From the NCBI GenBank assembly GCA_020847975.1, contig JADLBD010000221.1:1930-65929 (forward strand): 64,000 bases of DNA. The letters are read 5' to 3'. Positions 9,681-21,897 of the stretch are shown here, piece after piece (position 1 is the first letter of the stretch; every line of letters starts with the position of its first letter). The position numbers were made by a program, and so were the translations under genes. The DNA comes from Bryobacterales bacterium (GTDB lineage Bacteria > Acidobacteriota > Terriglobia > Bryobacterales > Bryobacteraceae). The notes under the pieces are model-generated. The model was not told the DNA's origin, searched no databases, and saw only the letters and a program-made list of their open reading frames with translations.

Positions 9681-10046
9681 ATGAATGGGAAGTCCATCCT
9701 GGTCGTGGAAGACAGCCCGACCGAATTGCATGTCGTGACCACCGTCCTGCAAAACAACGGCTACCGCTTCACCGTCGCTACGGACGGCGAGGAGGCGCTG
9801 ACAAAGGCGGTATCGCAGAAACCGGACTTGATGTTGTTGGACGTGGTTTTGCCGAAAAAGAGCGGATTCCAGGTGTGCCGGCAATTGAAGAGCGCCCCGG
9901 AAACCAGCGGAATCAAGATCATCGTGCTGAGTAGTAAGAACCAGGAATCCGACAAATACTGGGGACTCAAACAGGGTGCGGACCTGTACCTGACCAAGCC
10001 GTTCAAGACGGACGAATTGCTGGCGGCAATCTCCAGATTCATCTGA
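9681..10046 (+). CDS. cheY: Single-domain CheY-like response regulator (PilH position)
   Basis: 121 aa. ILVVEDSPTELHVV...DLMLLDVVLPKKSGFQVCRQLK...KIIVLSSKNQESD...GADLYLTKPF. RBS GAGGAG lies about 10 nt upstream. Confidence 0.9.
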   Translation: MNGKSILVVEDSPTELHVVTTVLQNNGYRFTVATDGEEALTKAVSQKPDLMLLDVVLPKKSGFQVCRQLKSAPETSGIKIIVLSSKNQESDKYWGLKQGADLYLTKPFKTDELLAAISRFI

Positions 10047-10093
10047 GCCGTTGCCTATGGACGACGAAGCCACACGGAGGAGGGAAACAAGGA

Positions 10094-12211
10094 ATGGACG
10101 ACCCCAACAGGCCGGATGAACTGAAAGAGATGACCTTCGAGGAGGACACGGAGTGGGCGTCCACTCGGCGCGAACCTGTCGCGGCGGCGCCGGGTGGCTC
10201 CGAAGTAGAGGCCTCGCCGGTGCCGACGGCGGCTGCGGAGGAGACGGGAGAAATAGCGGCCGGCCAACCAGCGCCCGGGGACCCGGTCCCGCGCGTGGAA
10301 TCGGAGGGAATGGTGGACGCCGGAGCGATGCCGGAAGCCTCGCCGGAAGAGGATCATGCGGGGGCCTTCGAGCCGGCGCCGGGGTTGTGGCGCAAGCCGG
10401 TGGTCAAGTCGCTGAACGAACTGCGCGCGGCGGCAGCGGCGGAAGCGCAAGCCGCGAAGTTTGAACCGGTGCCAAGCCGCGAGCCAGTACTCGAATCGAC
10501 GCACGAAGCGCCTGCCGAATCAGAGGGAGAGACGCCGAGGTTTGAACCGGCGCCAAGCTTGGAGCCGGTGCTCGAATCGACACACGAAACGCTTGCCGAA
10601 CCGCAGGCAGAGACACCGAGGTTTGAACCGACCCCCGGCCTATGGCGCGAGCCGGCGCTCGAATCGACACACAAAGCGCCTGCCGAACCAGAGGAAGAGA
10701 CGCCGAGGTTTGAACCAACCCCCGGCTTGTGGCGCGAGCCGACGCTCGAATCGACACAGGAAGCGCCTGCCGAATCAGAGGAAGAGACGCCGAGGCTTGA
10801 ACCGACGCCCGGCCTGTGGCGCGAACCAGTGCTCGAATCGATGCACGAAGCGCCTGCCGAGCCAGACGGAGAGACGCCGAGGTTCGAACCGACCCCCGGC
10901 CTGTGGCGCGAGCCGGTGCTCGAATCGATACACGAAGCAGCCCAGCGAGAGGAAGAGACACCGAGGTTCGAACCGACGCCTGGCCTGTGGCGCGAGCCGG
11001 TGCTCGAATCGATGCACGAAGCGCCTGCCGGGCCGGAATGGTCGCCCACGGCGTGGGAAGCGCCCGCTGAGCCATCGCTGGAGGCGATCCCGCAGTTCTC
11101 CTACGACGGGCAAGCAGGGAATGGCGGAGAAGCGGAGGAACCGCTGCCCGAACCACTGCTCGATCCCGAACTGTTGGGGGCTCTTGGAGAGACGGACGAC
11201 GTCGAGCCGATGCACGAGTTGCTCGAGGAGTTGCTGGCGCTCGACAGCGGGATGGAAGCGGACCAGCCTGCCTCCAGCGCCGATCCGGCATTAGCGCAAG
11301 AAGCCGTTGCCGAAGCGCCTCTGGTGGAACTTGCGTCCGAACCGCTGCCCGAGTTCGCCGCGGATGACCTTCTGGATGACCTGCCCGGAGAGCCGGACAT
11401 GATCGAGGCGCTGGCGGCGCAATTTCTGGAACAGGAAATGTCCGCCTCGCCGGCGCCGCCTGCCTTCGAACCGCTGCCGGCGCCTACGGCGCATGATCCC
11501 TTTATCCTTGCGCCCCTCGATGCGGAGGAACCGGAGGAAGAGCCGGTCTCCGAGCCGGTGATGGAAGAGCCGGCGGCGATGTTCGCAGCCGGGGAGCCCG
11601 CGGCAGAGGCAGCCGCGGTTCCCGAGCCGGAGATGCCGGCGCCGCCCCAACCGGCCCTCGAGGAACTGGTGGCGGGCATCGATCATGCCCTGGAATCGGC
11701 GCCCGCTATTGCAGCGGCGGCCGAGCCGGCGGCTCCCACGGTTCACAAACAATACAGCCAGCTCGACGACTACGTGGTGTTCAGCCTGGCGGGGTCAGAC
11801 TACGCCGTGCCCGTGCGAGACGTGGCGGAAATCAGCCGTGTGCCAAGCATCACGCGCGTACCGAACGTGCCGGATTTCATGCGCGGCATCACCAACCTGC
11901 GCGGCGAAGTGGTTCCGGTGATTAACCTGCCTGGGCTGCTCGGGTTGCAGGACAGCGCGCCCTCGGCGCGGGGGCGCGTGCTTTTCCTTCAGGCGCGGGA
12001 ACGGGTATCCCCCACCGGCCTGATCGTGGACGAAGTCAAAGGAATCCAGCGGATCCAATCGCAGCAATTGGAACAAGTGACGGGTCTGGTGGACGACAAG
12101 GTCACCTCGGTACTGCGCGGAGTGCATGGACGCGGGGACCGGTTATTGAACGTGCTGGATCTCGAGCAGCTCTTCGGATTACAGGAATTTGAGCAGCTCG
12201 CCGGCAGGTGA
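10094..12211 (+). CDS. cheW: CheW-domain coupling protein with a very long acidic, repeat-containing N-terminal extension (PilI position)
   Basis: 705 aa. The C-terminal about 150 aa reads [59 protein letters not shown]...[13 protein letters not shown]..., a canonical CheW fold signature. The preceding about 540 aa are E/P/A-rich. Confidence 0.8.
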   Translation: MDDPNRPDELKEMTFEEDTEWASTRREPVAAAPGGSEVEASPVPTAAAEETGEIAAGQPAPGDPVPRVESEGMVDAGAMPEASPEEDHAGAFEPAPGLWRKPVVKSLNELRAAAAAEAQAAKFEPVPSREPVLESTHEAPAESEGETPRFEPAPSLEPVLESTHETLAEPQAETPRFEPTPGLWREPALESTHKAPAEPEEETPRFEPTPGLWREPTLESTQEAPAESEEETPRLEPTPGLWREPVLESMHEAPAEPDGETPRFEPTPGLWREPVLESIHEAAQREEETPRFEPTPGLWREPVLESMHEAPAGPEWSPTAWEAPAEPSLEAIPQFSYDGQAGNGGEAEEPLPEPLLDPELLGALGETDDVEPMHELLEELLALDSGMEADQPASSADPALAQEAVAEAPLVELASEPLPEFAADDLLDDLPGEPDMIEALAAQFLEQEMSASPAPPAFEPLPAPTAHDPFILAPLDAEEPEEEPVSEPVMEEPAAMFAAGEPAAEAAAVPEPEMPAPPQPALEELVAGIDHALESAPAIAAAAEPAAPTVHKQYSQLDDYVVFSLAGSDYAVPVRDVAEISRVPSITRVPNVPDFMRGITNLRGEVVPVINLPGLLGLQDSAPSARGRVLFLQARERVSPTGLIVDEVKGIQRIQSQQLEQVTGLVDDKVTSVLRGVHGRGDRLLNVLDLEQLFGLQEFEQLAGR
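10460..11035 (+). repeat. Seven in-frame tandem repeats (81-87 nt each, 27-29 aa) inside the CheW-like gene
   Basis: Unit starts (TT[TC]GAACC) are at 10460, 10541, 10622, 10709, 10796, 10883 and 10967. Peptide consensus: [15 protein letters not shown](M/T)[13 protein letters not shown]. Confidence 0.9.
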
Positions 12212-12306
12212 GGGAACGATTTAAGACTCGCGGCGTAATGTGCCGCGGCCTAGGAGACACGGATAGAACGCGCGGGAATCGCGAAAAACATTCGAGGGAG
12301 AGTCAA

Positions 12307-14508
12307 ATGCCAAATTCGGGCGCCGCGGGCGCATTAGCCAATCTGCCTATTTCACGCAAGCTGGGACTTGTGCTCGGTTTGATGGCCTTGCCGGTCGTTA
12401 TTCTGGCCATGCTTCTGGTTCAGGCCAGAAACGAGAGAATCGACCTGGCTATCAATGAAAGTAACGGCGTCGAATACATCGGCGCATTGCGCGGCGTGCT
12501 CGAAGCCATTCCGCAGCACCGCAACATGGTGAACTCCGTACTCAACGGGGATCCGTCGGAGCGGAGCCGCGCCGAGCAGGTGGAGGGAGCCATCGACCGC
12601 TCGATGTCCTCGCTCGAGTCCGTGAACGCGAAGTATCCGCAGTTCGGCGTCGGCGACCGCGTGGGACAGCTCAAGCGCAACTGGCAGGATGTCAAGCTGG
12701 GGGCAATGAAGATGCCCGTGCGGGAGAGCCTGGACGCGCACAACCGGCTCATGGCGGACCTGACGGAACTGGTGCGGCAGATCGGCGAGAAGTCGGGTCT
12801 CATCAACGACACCGACATGGACAGCTACTACCTGATGGATGCCCTGGTGAACCAGTTGCCGGTGATCACCGACCGCATGAGCCGGCTGGCGTATCTGACA
12901 GGGAACGCGATCGCGCGCAAGAGCCCGGAGGACCGGCTGCAGGCGCAGGTGCTCGCCGACAACGTGGACTCGATGATTCAGAACATGCAGCGCAACTTCG
13001 GCGTGGCGTTCGGCTACAATCCGTCGATCGAGCCGCGGGTGAATCCGGCCGTGGTGAGCGCCGTCCGCGGGGCGGATTCGTGGCTCCGGCCTTTGCACGA
13101 AGGGAACGTGGAGCGGTTCGGAACACTCTCGGGAGCCAATCAGGCCGCGATGGCGGCGGTGAGTCCGTTCTTCGCCCTCTATGACGCCTCCCTGCCGGCG
13201 ATGAAATCGCTGCTCGATGCGCGGATCGGCGATCTGCAGCGGAAGAAGAATACGCAGTTGGCCATCGCCATCGCCGTGCTGCTGCTGGCGGCGGCGCTTG
13301 TGGTTACCATCAACCGCTCCATCACCGGCCAGATCAAGCAGATCAGCGATTCGTTCGCCCTCATCGGGGCTGGAAATTTCGATGTTCGCGTTCCCGTGCA
13401 CAGCAAGGACGAACTGGGCGTAATGGCGGAATCGATGAACACCGTGCTGGACAACACGCTCAGCCTCATCCAGTCGCGCGATGAACGCAACCGCATCCAG
13501 TCGAGCATCCAGAAACTCCTGGACGATATCAGCGGCGTGGCGAGCGGCGACCTGACGCAGGAAGCGGAAGTAAACGCCGAGGTGACCGGCGCGATCGCGG
13601 ATTCGTTCAACTACATGATCAGCGAACTGCGGCAGATCGTGCGCAGCGTCAACGCGACGACATCGAACGTCGGTGCTTCGGCGAAGGACGTCTTGAAAAC
13701 GGCCGAAACGCTGGCAGAGGGCAGCGTAGGACAGGCCCGGCAGATCTCGGAGGCATCCTCCTCGATCGAACAGATGGTGAAGTCGATTCGCGAAGTCTCC
13801 TCCACGGCCGGGCAGGCGGCGTCGGTGGCCGACCAGACGTTCCAGAAAGCCAAGCAGGGATCGGAGGCGGTCCAGAAGACCATACAGGGCATGGGCGGCA
13901 TCCGGAACCAGGTGCAGGAAACTTCGAAGCGGCTCAAAGGCCTTGGAGAGCGCTCCCAGGAAATTGGATCGATCGTGCAGCTCATCGGCGACATCGCGGA
14001 CCGGACGTCGATCCTCGCCCTGAACGCTTCGATTCAGGCCGCGATGGCGGGCGAAGCCGGGCGCGGATTCGCCGTGGTCGCGGAAGAAGTGGAACGGCTC
14101 GCGGAACGCGCGGCGGAAGCAACAAAGAAGGTGAGCACGCTGATCAAGTCGATTCAGGCGGATACCACCGAGGCCATCACGGCGATGGAAGAGACGACGC
14201 GCGAAGTGGTCGACGGCAGCAACCTCGCCAACGCAGCCGGGCGCACGCTGAGCGAGATCGAATCGGTCACCGCGCAGTTGACCAATCTGATTCAGAGCAT
14301 CTCCTCGGCCTCCGAAGAGCAGGCGCTCGGATCGGAGTACATTTCCAAGTCGATGCACGACATCTCACAGCACACGCAAGAGACGGCGGAAGGCGCAAAG
14401 ATGGCGGCCCACTCGGTGCAGCAGCTCGCGGGTCTGACCGAGGAACTGCGGCGCTCGATGCAGCGCTTCCGTCTTCCCGCCGACGAGATGCACTACTCCA
14501 TCCGGTAG
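12307..14508 (+). CDS. Methyl-accepting chemotaxis protein (PilJ-like: large periplasmic/N-terminal domain, TM, HAMP, signalling domain)
   Basis: The ORF track gives 12208..14508 with a GTG start. ATG at 12307 preceded by GAGGGAG is the more likely start (MPNSGAAG...[19 protein letters not shown] is TM1). HAMP: [36 protein letters not shown]. Highly conserved hairpin: [41 protein letters not shown]. Confidence 0.88.
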   Translation: MPNSGAAGALANLPISRKLGLVLGLMALPVVILAMLLVQARNERIDLAINESNGVEYIGALRGVLEAIPQHRNMVNSVLNGDPSERSRAEQVEGAIDRSMSSLESVNAKYPQFGVGDRVGQLKRNWQDVKLGAMKMPVRESLDAHNRLMADLTELVRQIGEKSGLINDTDMDSYYLMDALVNQLPVITDRMSRLAYLTGNAIARKSPEDRLQAQVLADNVDSMIQNMQRNFGVAFGYNPSIEPRVNPAVVSAVRGADSWLRPLHEGNVERFGTLSGANQAAMAAVSPFFALYDASLPAMKSLLDARIGDLQRKKNTQLAIAIAVLLLAAALVVTINRSITGQIKQISDSFALIGAGNFDVRVPVHSKDELGVMAESMNTVLDNTLSLIQSRDERNRIQSSIQKLLDDISGVASGDLTQEAEVNAEVTGAIADSFNYMISELRQIVRSVNATTSNVGASAKDVLKTAETLAEGSVGQARQISEASSSIEQMVKSIREVSSTAGQAASVADQTFQKAKQGSEAVQKTIQGMGGIRNQVQETSKRLKGLGERSQEIGSIVQLIGDIADRTSILALNASIQAAMAGEAGRGFAVVAEEVERLAERAAEATKKVSTLIKSIQADTTEAITAMEETTREVVDGSNLANAAGRTLSEIESVTAQLTNLIQSISSASEEQALGSEYISKSMHDISQHTQETAEGAKMAAHSVQQLAGLTEELRRSMQRFRLPADEMHYSIR

Positions 14509-14598
14509 CTGTTTCCTCTGACCTCAACAGGCGGGTTCCCGGCGATGCCTTCCGGGAGCCCCCGGCAATAGCGGCTGCATCCCGTAGGGAGGAGAGCA

Positions 14599-17500
14599 AT
14601 GAATTTCAAAGTGGATCCCGAGATCATCAGCGGGTTCGTGAAGGAAGTCGAGAGCTACCTTCCCAAGCTGGTGCAGAGCCTCGAAGAATTCCGCGCCAAC
14701 CCCGAGAATTTCGACAGCCTCGAAGAGGCTTACCGCATGGTCCATTGCATTCGCGGCGCCGGCTCGACGATCGGCCTGATGGCGCTGAGCCAGTTGGCGC
14801 AGTACCAGGAGGATACGCTCGACCAGATTCTTACAGGCCAACTGCGGTGGAGCGACGAAGTGGCCGCGGTGCTCACTTCGGCCACCCTGCGCATCGGCGA
14901 ATACCTGCACGGCATCACCTCGGGCGGCTTAGAGGAGCGCGCCATTGTCGCCGAACTGGTGAAGGCATTCCGCAGAATGCGAGATCTTCCGGAGAGCGGA
15001 GACGCGGAGGAGATCCGCGCGCTCCTCGGAGAAAGCACGGAGCCGGAACAGATTGCGGAGGAGTCTGTTCCGGATTTCGCGCCGATGGAACCCGAGATTT
15101 TCAGCTTCGAGACGATCGAGGACCAGATGCCGGTGGAAGAACCGGTCCTGACGGAGGCGCCGCCTCCGGAAGCGGCGCCGGAGCCGGAGATGGTCATCCA
15201 GACCCTCGACGAGTTCCAGGTGGACGATGATCTGTGGAACGCTTTTCAGGAAGAGGCGGCGGAGCATTTCGAGAAGCTGGCCTCGAGCCTGGCGGCGCTC
15301 GAAACAAGCGGCGGACTGGACGAACTGAAGACCATCCGCCGGTCCGTCCATCAACTGAAGGGGGCTTCCGGCGTGGTGGGGATGCGGGCCACCAGCAAGA
15401 TCAATGCTTCGATGCAGAAGGTGCTGGACCGGATCTTCGAGGGAGAAGCCAAATACACTCGAGATCTGCTTCCCTTGTTCCAGCGGGCGTTTGAAGTGGT
15501 GCTCGAATCAATCGGCGGCAAAGGGACAGGCGCGAATCTGGCGGACCGGGCCAGGGAAATCCAGGCGGAATTCGACGAAATTCTCTCCTTGCCTCCGCTG
15601 CCTTCGGCTCCGCCTGCGGTTCCGCCCGCTCCCTCGCCCGTACCGAACGGGCCGAAAGATCAGATGGATGTTGGCGACGATCTGCTCGAGGCCTTCCACC
15701 AGGAAGCCGAAGAACACCTGCATGTCATTGGCGAGTTGTTCCGCAACATGGAGCGCGAATCTCCGAATCCGGAGCAGATCCAGGCGATGCGGCGCGCGGT
15801 GCACACCTTCAAGGGCGCCTGCGGCGTGGTGGGATTGCGGCTTACCAGCAGCGTGGCCCACCGCATGGAAGACCTGCTCGATGCGATGTACGAGGGGCGT
15901 CTGGCATACCGGGCGGAACTGGCGCCGCTCCTGTTTTCCACGTACGACATCATGACCGATGCCGTGGCCAACCGCGGAATATCCGCCGCGCAGAGCGGCA
16001 GGCTGGACACCCTGTTTGCCGGCTACGAGGCAGCGCTCGCCGGAGCCAGGCCGCAGGCGTCCGCGGAGCAACCGGGCTTCGCAGCGCCGGAAACGCCAAA
16101 GCCCGCCTTGGTCCCGGCTCCCCTCGAGCCGCGCGAACCAGCCCTTCCATCAGCCGGCCCCACACCGCAACAGCAGCGCAAGAGCGCGCAGTTTGTCCGC
16201 GCTCCTTTGGAACGGGTGGACGAACTGGTGCGCCTGGTCTCGGAACTGGTGATTCATCGTTCGCGTTTCGAACAGCACCTGTCGGGATATGTGCACGAAG
16301 TCAACGAACTCCAGCTCAGCATCGAGCGGCTGTCCCGCATCTCCCGCAAATTCCAGAGCGACTACGAGGCGACGGCATTGCAGGAGGCCAACCGGCGCGC
16401 CTTCACGGCCATTGGACGCGGGTTCTCACCGGCCGGATCGGCCGCCGCGGATGATTTTGACGCCCTCGAGTTTGACCGCTACACGGAATTCCACCTGCTT
16501 TCCCGCGACCTCGCGGAAACCACGGGCGACGTTTCCAACGCCGGCTCGCGGCTCAATGATCTCATCGCCGATTTCGACAGCTATCTCAACCGGCTCAGCA
16601 CCCTCACCGGGGAAGTGGAAGACCGCCTGATGCGGCTGCGCATGTTGCCGCTGCGTCACCTCTCGTCCCGGCTGCACCGCACCGTGCGTGTGACCGCCGA
16701 GCGGCGCAACAAACTCGTGGACCTGGTGGTGGATGGCGAGGCGGTGGAACTGGACAAGACCGTACTCGAGGAGATGGCGGGGCCGCTCGACCACATTCTG
16801 CGCAATGCCGTGGATCATGGCATCGAGCCGGCCGCGCTGCGCCGTGCCGCGGGCAAGCCCGAGCGCGGCGCCATCTACCTGCGCGCCTACCACGAAGGAA
16901 CCCAGGTGGTGCTTCAAATTCGCGATGACGGCGGCGGGTTGGACGCCCGGCGGTTGCGCGAAGCCGCCGTGAGCATGGGCTACGTCTCGCCGGAAGACGC
17001 TCCGAATCTTTCCGACCAGGAACTGTACGGCATCATTTTCCTGCCCGGTTTCTCGACGGCCAGCGAAGTGAGCGAAGTATCGGGACGCGGCGTTGGCCTC
17101 GACGTGGTTAAGGCCACAGTGAACAAAATGAAGGGCACGCTCTCGATCCAGTCGGAGCGCGGGAAGGGAACCGCGTTCACCATCCGGCTGCCGATGACGC
17201 TCGCCCTCACGCGCGTCGTTCTGGTCCGCTCGGGGCTCGAGACCTATGCGGTGCCCCTGGCCGCCATCTCACAGATCCTCCGCATCGAACCCGAGCAGTT
17301 GGAACGCGTGGGCCGCAAACCCGTGCTGCGCCTCGGCGGCAGGATCCTGCCGACGCTGCATCTGGCCGAAGTAGTGGGCCAGCAGCTCCCTCCCGACGCC
17401 AACCTCACACGGCTCAAGGCGATTGTGTTGAACATCGGGGATCAGCGCTTGGCGCTGATGGTGGATACGGTTCTCGAAGCGCGCGAAGTGGTGGTAAAGA

Positions 17501-18057
17501 CTCTCGGCTCTCTGCTCGGGCGCGTGCACGCGGTCACCGGAGCCACCATTATGGGCGATGGCAGCGTCGTGCTCATTCTCAATCCCAACGACATGCTGCA
17601 CACGCAGCACACGGTAACGCCTCAAGTGCGGCTGCGCGCGTTGCCGCAAACGAAACCCGCCAGCGAAGACCTCGAAGTGTTGATTGTGGACGATTCGCCG
17701 AGCGTGCGCCGCGTATTGACCAATCTGGTTCGCAATGCGGGGTGGAAGCCGCATTCGGCCAAGGACGGGTTGGAAGCCCTCGAGATGTTGCACTCCGGCG
17801 TCACCCGGCCCGATATCCTCCTGCTCGACATCGAGATGCCGCGCATGGACGGCTACGAACTGACGGCGGCGCTGCGCGGCATGCCGAACTTCAAGCACAC
17901 GCCCATCGTGATGCTCACCTCGCGCGCCGGAGAGAAGCACCGCAAGCGGGCTTTCGAACTCGGAGCCAGCGATTACATGGTGAAGCCGTATCAGGATGAG
18001 GAATTGCTGAGCGTCGTGCGCCGCGCGGTTCACCAGGCGCGTGGAGTGGTGCGCTGA
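14599..18057 (+). CDS. cheA: CheA-type hybrid histidine kinase with three Hpt domains, dimerisation/HATPase, CheW-like domain and C-terminal receiver (ChpA/PilL-like)
   Basis: 1152 aa. Hpt motifs: MVHCIRGAGSTIG, SVHQLKGASGVVG and AVHTFKGACGVVG. ATPase: LDHILRNAVDHGIE, IRDDGGGLD, GRGVGLDVV. CheW-like: VLVRSGLETYAVPLAAISQILRI. Receiver: VLIVDDSPSVRRVL...ILLLDIEMPRMDGYEL...IVMLTSRAGEKH...DYMVKPY. Confidence 0.92.
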   Translation: MNFKVDPEIISGFVKEVESYLPKLVQSLEEFRANPENFDSLEEAYRMVHCIRGAGSTIGLMALSQLAQYQEDTLDQILTGQLRWSDEVAAVLTSATLRIGEYLHGITSGGLEERAIVAELVKAFRRMRDLPESGDAEEIRALLGESTEPEQIAEESVPDFAPMEPEIFSFETIEDQMPVEEPVLTEAPPPEAAPEPEMVIQTLDEFQVDDDLWNAFQEEAAEHFEKLASSLAALETSGGLDELKTIRRSVHQLKGASGVVGMRATSKINASMQKVLDRIFEGEAKYTRDLLPLFQRAFEVVLESIGGKGTGANLADRAREIQAEFDEILSLPPLPSAPPAVPPAPSPVPNGPKDQMDVGDDLLEAFHQEAEEHLHVIGELFRNMERESPNPEQIQAMRRAVHTFKGACGVVGLRLTSSVAHRMEDLLDAMYEGRLAYRAELAPLLFSTYDIMTDAVANRGISAAQSGRLDTLFAGYEAALAGARPQASAEQPGFAAPETPKPALVPAPLEPREPALPSAGPTPQQQRKSAQFVRAPLERVDELVRLVSELVIHRSRFEQHLSGYVHEVNELQLSIERLSRISRKFQSDYEATALQEANRRAFTAIGRGFSPAGSAAADDFDALEFDRYTEFHLLSRDLAETTGDVSNAGSRLNDLIADFDSYLNRLSTLTGEVEDRLMRLRMLPLRHLSSRLHRTVRVTAERRNKLVDLVVDGEAVELDKTVLEEMAGPLDHILRNAVDHGIEPAALRRAAGKPERGAIYLRAYHEGTQVVLQIRDDGGGLDARRLREAAVSMGYVSPEDAPNLSDQELYGIIFLPGFSTASEVSEVSGRGVGLDVVKATVNKMKGTLSIQSERGKGTAFTIRLPMTLALTRVVLVRSGLETYAVPLAAISQILRIEPEQLERVGRKPVLRLGGRILPTLHLAEVVGQQLPPDANLTRLKAIVLNIGDQRLALMVDTVLEAREVVVKTLGSLLGRVHAVTGATIMGDGSVVLILNPNDMLHTQHTVTPQVRLRALPQTKPASEDLEVLIVDDSPSVRRVLTNLVRNAGWKPHSAKDGLEALEMLHSGVTRPDILLLDIEMPRMDGYELTAALRGMPNFKHTPIVMLTSRAGEKHRKRAFELGASDYMVKPYQDEELLSVVRRAVHQARGVVR

Positions 18058-19076
18058 TGAGCACGCAGGCAAAATCCGGAACGCGCCGCCTCGTCCGCTG
18101 CGTCGTAGGCAATGAAACGTACTGTATCGACAATGACTGGCTCGATAGCATCCAGGTGGTGGAGAATCTCTATCCCAGCCGCAGCGCCGACGGCTCCATC
18201 GGCTGGATCCGGCGTTTTGATGAAAAGGTGCCCGTGTTCCGCCTCGCCGACCAGATCTACTCGGGTCATTCGCGGGGGCCTTCCAGGCAAGGGGTGATCG
18301 TGGTGCTGCGCAAAGGGGAGAAGCTGTGGGCCTTGCTGGTGGACAAAGTGGCGGCGGCGACCGAAGTGCCGCTCGATCAGATGTGCCCTCTGCCCGCGGT
18401 GGCAGGGGACACCCTTCGCGGGCACTTCCGCGGAGTGGTCGTGGAGGAGGAGGGCATCATGCTCTATCTGGCTCCCGACCGCGTGGTTCCGCCGGAGGTT
18501 TCCGGGGTTAAGAATCCGGCGCCGCAAGCCGTTCCCGCGCGGCCATCGCATGTTCGCGTGGCGCCGCGGAGAATCCAGGTTGGTTTGCGGCGGGCGGCGC
18601 AGCAGATTATTACCTTCAGCCTCGTGCACGAGAATCCCATGCCCTCGCCGGTCCGCTTCGGAGTCACGGCCGGGCAGGCGGTCGAGATTGTCAGCGAGCT
18701 GCCCATGATTGCCGTTCCACAGGCGCCGCCCTTCGTCGTCGGCCTGGCAAAGTGGCGCTCCCTCCCCATCCCCGTGGTGGATCTGGGAGCATGGCTTGGG
18801 ATGACTCCCGCGCCATACACTCCCGGTTGCCGGCTGCTGCTCTGCCGGGGAACCATCGGAGGAAGCGGCCAGGACGCCGGCCTGTTGGCCGTCCCCGCCG
18901 TGGACGACATACGAAAGCTGGATCTGCCGATTGAATACCGCCCCTGGCCGGAGCCGGTGAAGTGGAACGGCGCGCTCGCTCTCGGCATATACCGCGCCGA
19001 ACGCATGATGCTCGTGATTCCGGACCTCGACGCGATTCTCAGCTTCCAGACCGCCGCCTCTTCCTACCGGATGTAA
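18057..19076 (+). CDS. Protein with two CheW-like domains (ChpC-like adaptor)
   Basis: 339 aa. The start ATG overlaps the cheA stop (TGATG). Domain 1: LVRCVVGNETYCIDNDWLDSIQ...VPVFRLADQI...GVIVVLRKGEKLWALLVDKV. Domain 2: ITFSLVHEN...RFGVTAGQAVEIVSELPMIAVPQAPPFVVGLAKWRSLPIPVVDLGAWLG. Confidence 0.7.
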   Translation: MSTQAKSGTRRLVRCVVGNETYCIDNDWLDSIQVVENLYPSRSADGSIGWIRRFDEKVPVFRLADQIYSGHSRGPSRQGVIVVLRKGEKLWALLVDKVAAATEVPLDQMCPLPAVAGDTLRGHFRGVVVEEEGIMLYLAPDRVVPPEVSGVKNPAPQAVPARPSHVRVAPRRIQVGLRRAAQQIITFSLVHENPMPSPVRFGVTAGQAVEIVSELPMIAVPQAPPFVVGLAKWRSLPIPVVDLGAWLGMTPAPYTPGCRLLLCRGTIGGSGQDAGLLAVPAVDDIRKLDLPIEYRPWPEPVKWNGALALGIYRAERMMLVIPDLDAILSFQTAASSYRM

Positions 19077-19096
19077 CGCCTCCGGGGCAGCCTTCC

Positions 19097-20227
19097 CTAG
19101 CGCTTCGGCCCGAAGTAGGCCACAAATCCGATCAGTACCGTGCTTTGAGCTTTGGCGGCGGCCAGTTCGTTGCCGCGGTCAAAAAAGGGCTTGTCCGACC
19201 AGTCCCTGCGGTACTCCATCCTTGTGAGGAAGCCTTCGGCCATCTTCCACTCCGCCGTCATGGTGAACTCCTTCAAAGTTTGCGCCGTGCCCGTAATGAA
19301 GCCCTTCGCATCCTTATAAACCTCAAACCGGGGGGTCAGGGAGAACCAGCTATTGAGCGCGTAGTGGTGGGCGAAGGCGATGCCGTAGAAATCGTTGTCC
19401 TGTCCATCTCTCACCTTGTCGACGCCGTAATCAAAATTGATATAGAAGCTGGCCTTGCTGGTGGGAGTCAGAGTAACAACCGTATCCCAGAAATGCCGGT
19501 ATCCTTCGTTGGTATTAGTCTTTTCAGGACCAACGTAGTAAGCGTTCGTCCAGGAGACCTTCTTACCGGTCATGGCCGTGGTGAAGCCCAGCGTCTTACC
19601 GCTGTTGTTATCTTCCACATTATTCCAGCCGTTGACCACCTGGAGCCCGGCGGTGAACCAACTGGTAAGCGGTCTGGAGACGCGGGCGCCGAAATGATAG
19701 TAAGGTCCGTTGGTGTAGAGATAGGCGCGTGAGTAATTCCAGTTCAGATAGGTTTCAGTCAACTCCGCTCCGGCGCTGGTGTAGAACTTACCGAAATCGA
19801 ACTGGAAGCCGCCCCAATCCTTCGGCTTCACGCTGACATAGGCCTGCGCGAGATGATCAAAGATGTCCTGGCCCCGGGCGAGGGGTTCGGTGGCGTGCAT
19901 GATATCGAAGGCGCGGCCGAATCCTATGTCAATGCGGAACCCGACAGGATCGGGATCGTGCTTCAAAGTCAATTCGGCCATGTTGAGGCTGAAGGAATTG
20001 GCGCGAACATCGAAATTCCGGAGGTTGTTCGTGCGCGAGTCCGGATGGTTGAAATTGAGAGAGTAGTACCCATCGATTGTTCCGCTGAAATCGATGGGGC
20101 CAACTGACCAGGCCGGCGGCGAGGGCGGCGGAGCCTGTTGGCTAGGAGAGTCCGGCGGCGTTTGCGTCTGGGCAGACGCCAGCGACACGGTAAACAGGAC
20201 GGCGAAGAGGTCTCTCTTGAGAGCCAT
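19097..20227 (-). CDS. Outer-membrane beta-barrel porin-like protein, divergent from amtB
   Basis: The ORF track gives 19097..20359. An internal ATG (complement of 20225-20227) gives a clean signal peptide, MALKRDLFAVLFTVSLASAQT. The rest has an alternating aromatic/hydrophilic beta-strand pattern with many Y/W/F-G-N motifs and a near-C-terminal aromatic (VAYF). Confidence 0.6.
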   Translation of the reverse strand: MALKRDLFAVLFTVSLASAQTQTPPDSPSQQAPPPSPPAWSVGPIDFSGTIDGYYSLNFNHPDSRTNNLRNFDVRANSFSLNMAELTLKHDPDPVGFRIDIGFGRAFDIMHATEPLARGQDIFDHLAQAYVSVKPKDWGGFQFDFGKFYTSAGAELTETYLNWNYSRAYLYTNGPYYHFGARVSRPLTSWFTAGLQVVNGWNNVEDNNSGKTLGFTTAMTGKKVSWTNAYYVGPEKTNTNEGYRHFWDTVVTLTPTSKASFYINFDYGVDKVRDGQDNDFYGIAFAHHYALNSWFSLTPRFEVYKDAKGFITGTAQTLKEFTMTAEWKMAEGFLTRMEYRRDWSDKPFFDRGNELAAAKAQSTVLIGFVAYFGPKR

Positions 20228-20506
20228 TGATTTGTCAACTCCAGGTTTCTTTTTTGAACTACTCGAGATGAAACGGGGCTGAAACCCAACTGTAGGCGTG
20301 GTATCGCCGCGGAAACCAATCAAAATATTCGATAGGGGTGATAGAGAAGCCGCGCACAAACTGGAAGACGCGAAGAATCAGCGATTTACTCATCGTCCAT
20401 AGAAATTCGTAATCCACCCGATAGAAAGGATTTTCTTGTTCGGCGGCGCGGAGCAAGGCATCCTGGGACTGTTTCATCCCTATCCACCGGCTTCGAGGAT
20501 TCCCGA

Positions 20507-21880
<1,374 letters not shown>

Positions 21881-21897
21881 GAGGAGCATTGAAGCGA

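Noticed and set aside
10354-11294. Alternative-frame ORFs across the CheW repeat region (10354..11049 -, 10404..11291 -, 10461..11294 +, 10775..11215 -)
   Set aside because: They stay open only because the tandem repeat lacks stops in several frames. Their products are monotonous Ser/Arg/Gly repeats. The CheW-frame ORF is continuous with a bona fide CheW domain.
12352-14358. 668-aa minus-strand ORF. Similar long antisense ORFs lie at 8610..10073, 22514..24064, 53736..55067, 57561..58613, 17269..18072 and 2163..2951.
   Set aside because: These are antisense shadows of well-supported + strand genes (MCP, REC/CheY, GlnD, polymerase-like, T4CP, CheA, PQQ protein) in high-GC DNA. Their translations are Arg/His/Gly/Pro-rich with no motifs.
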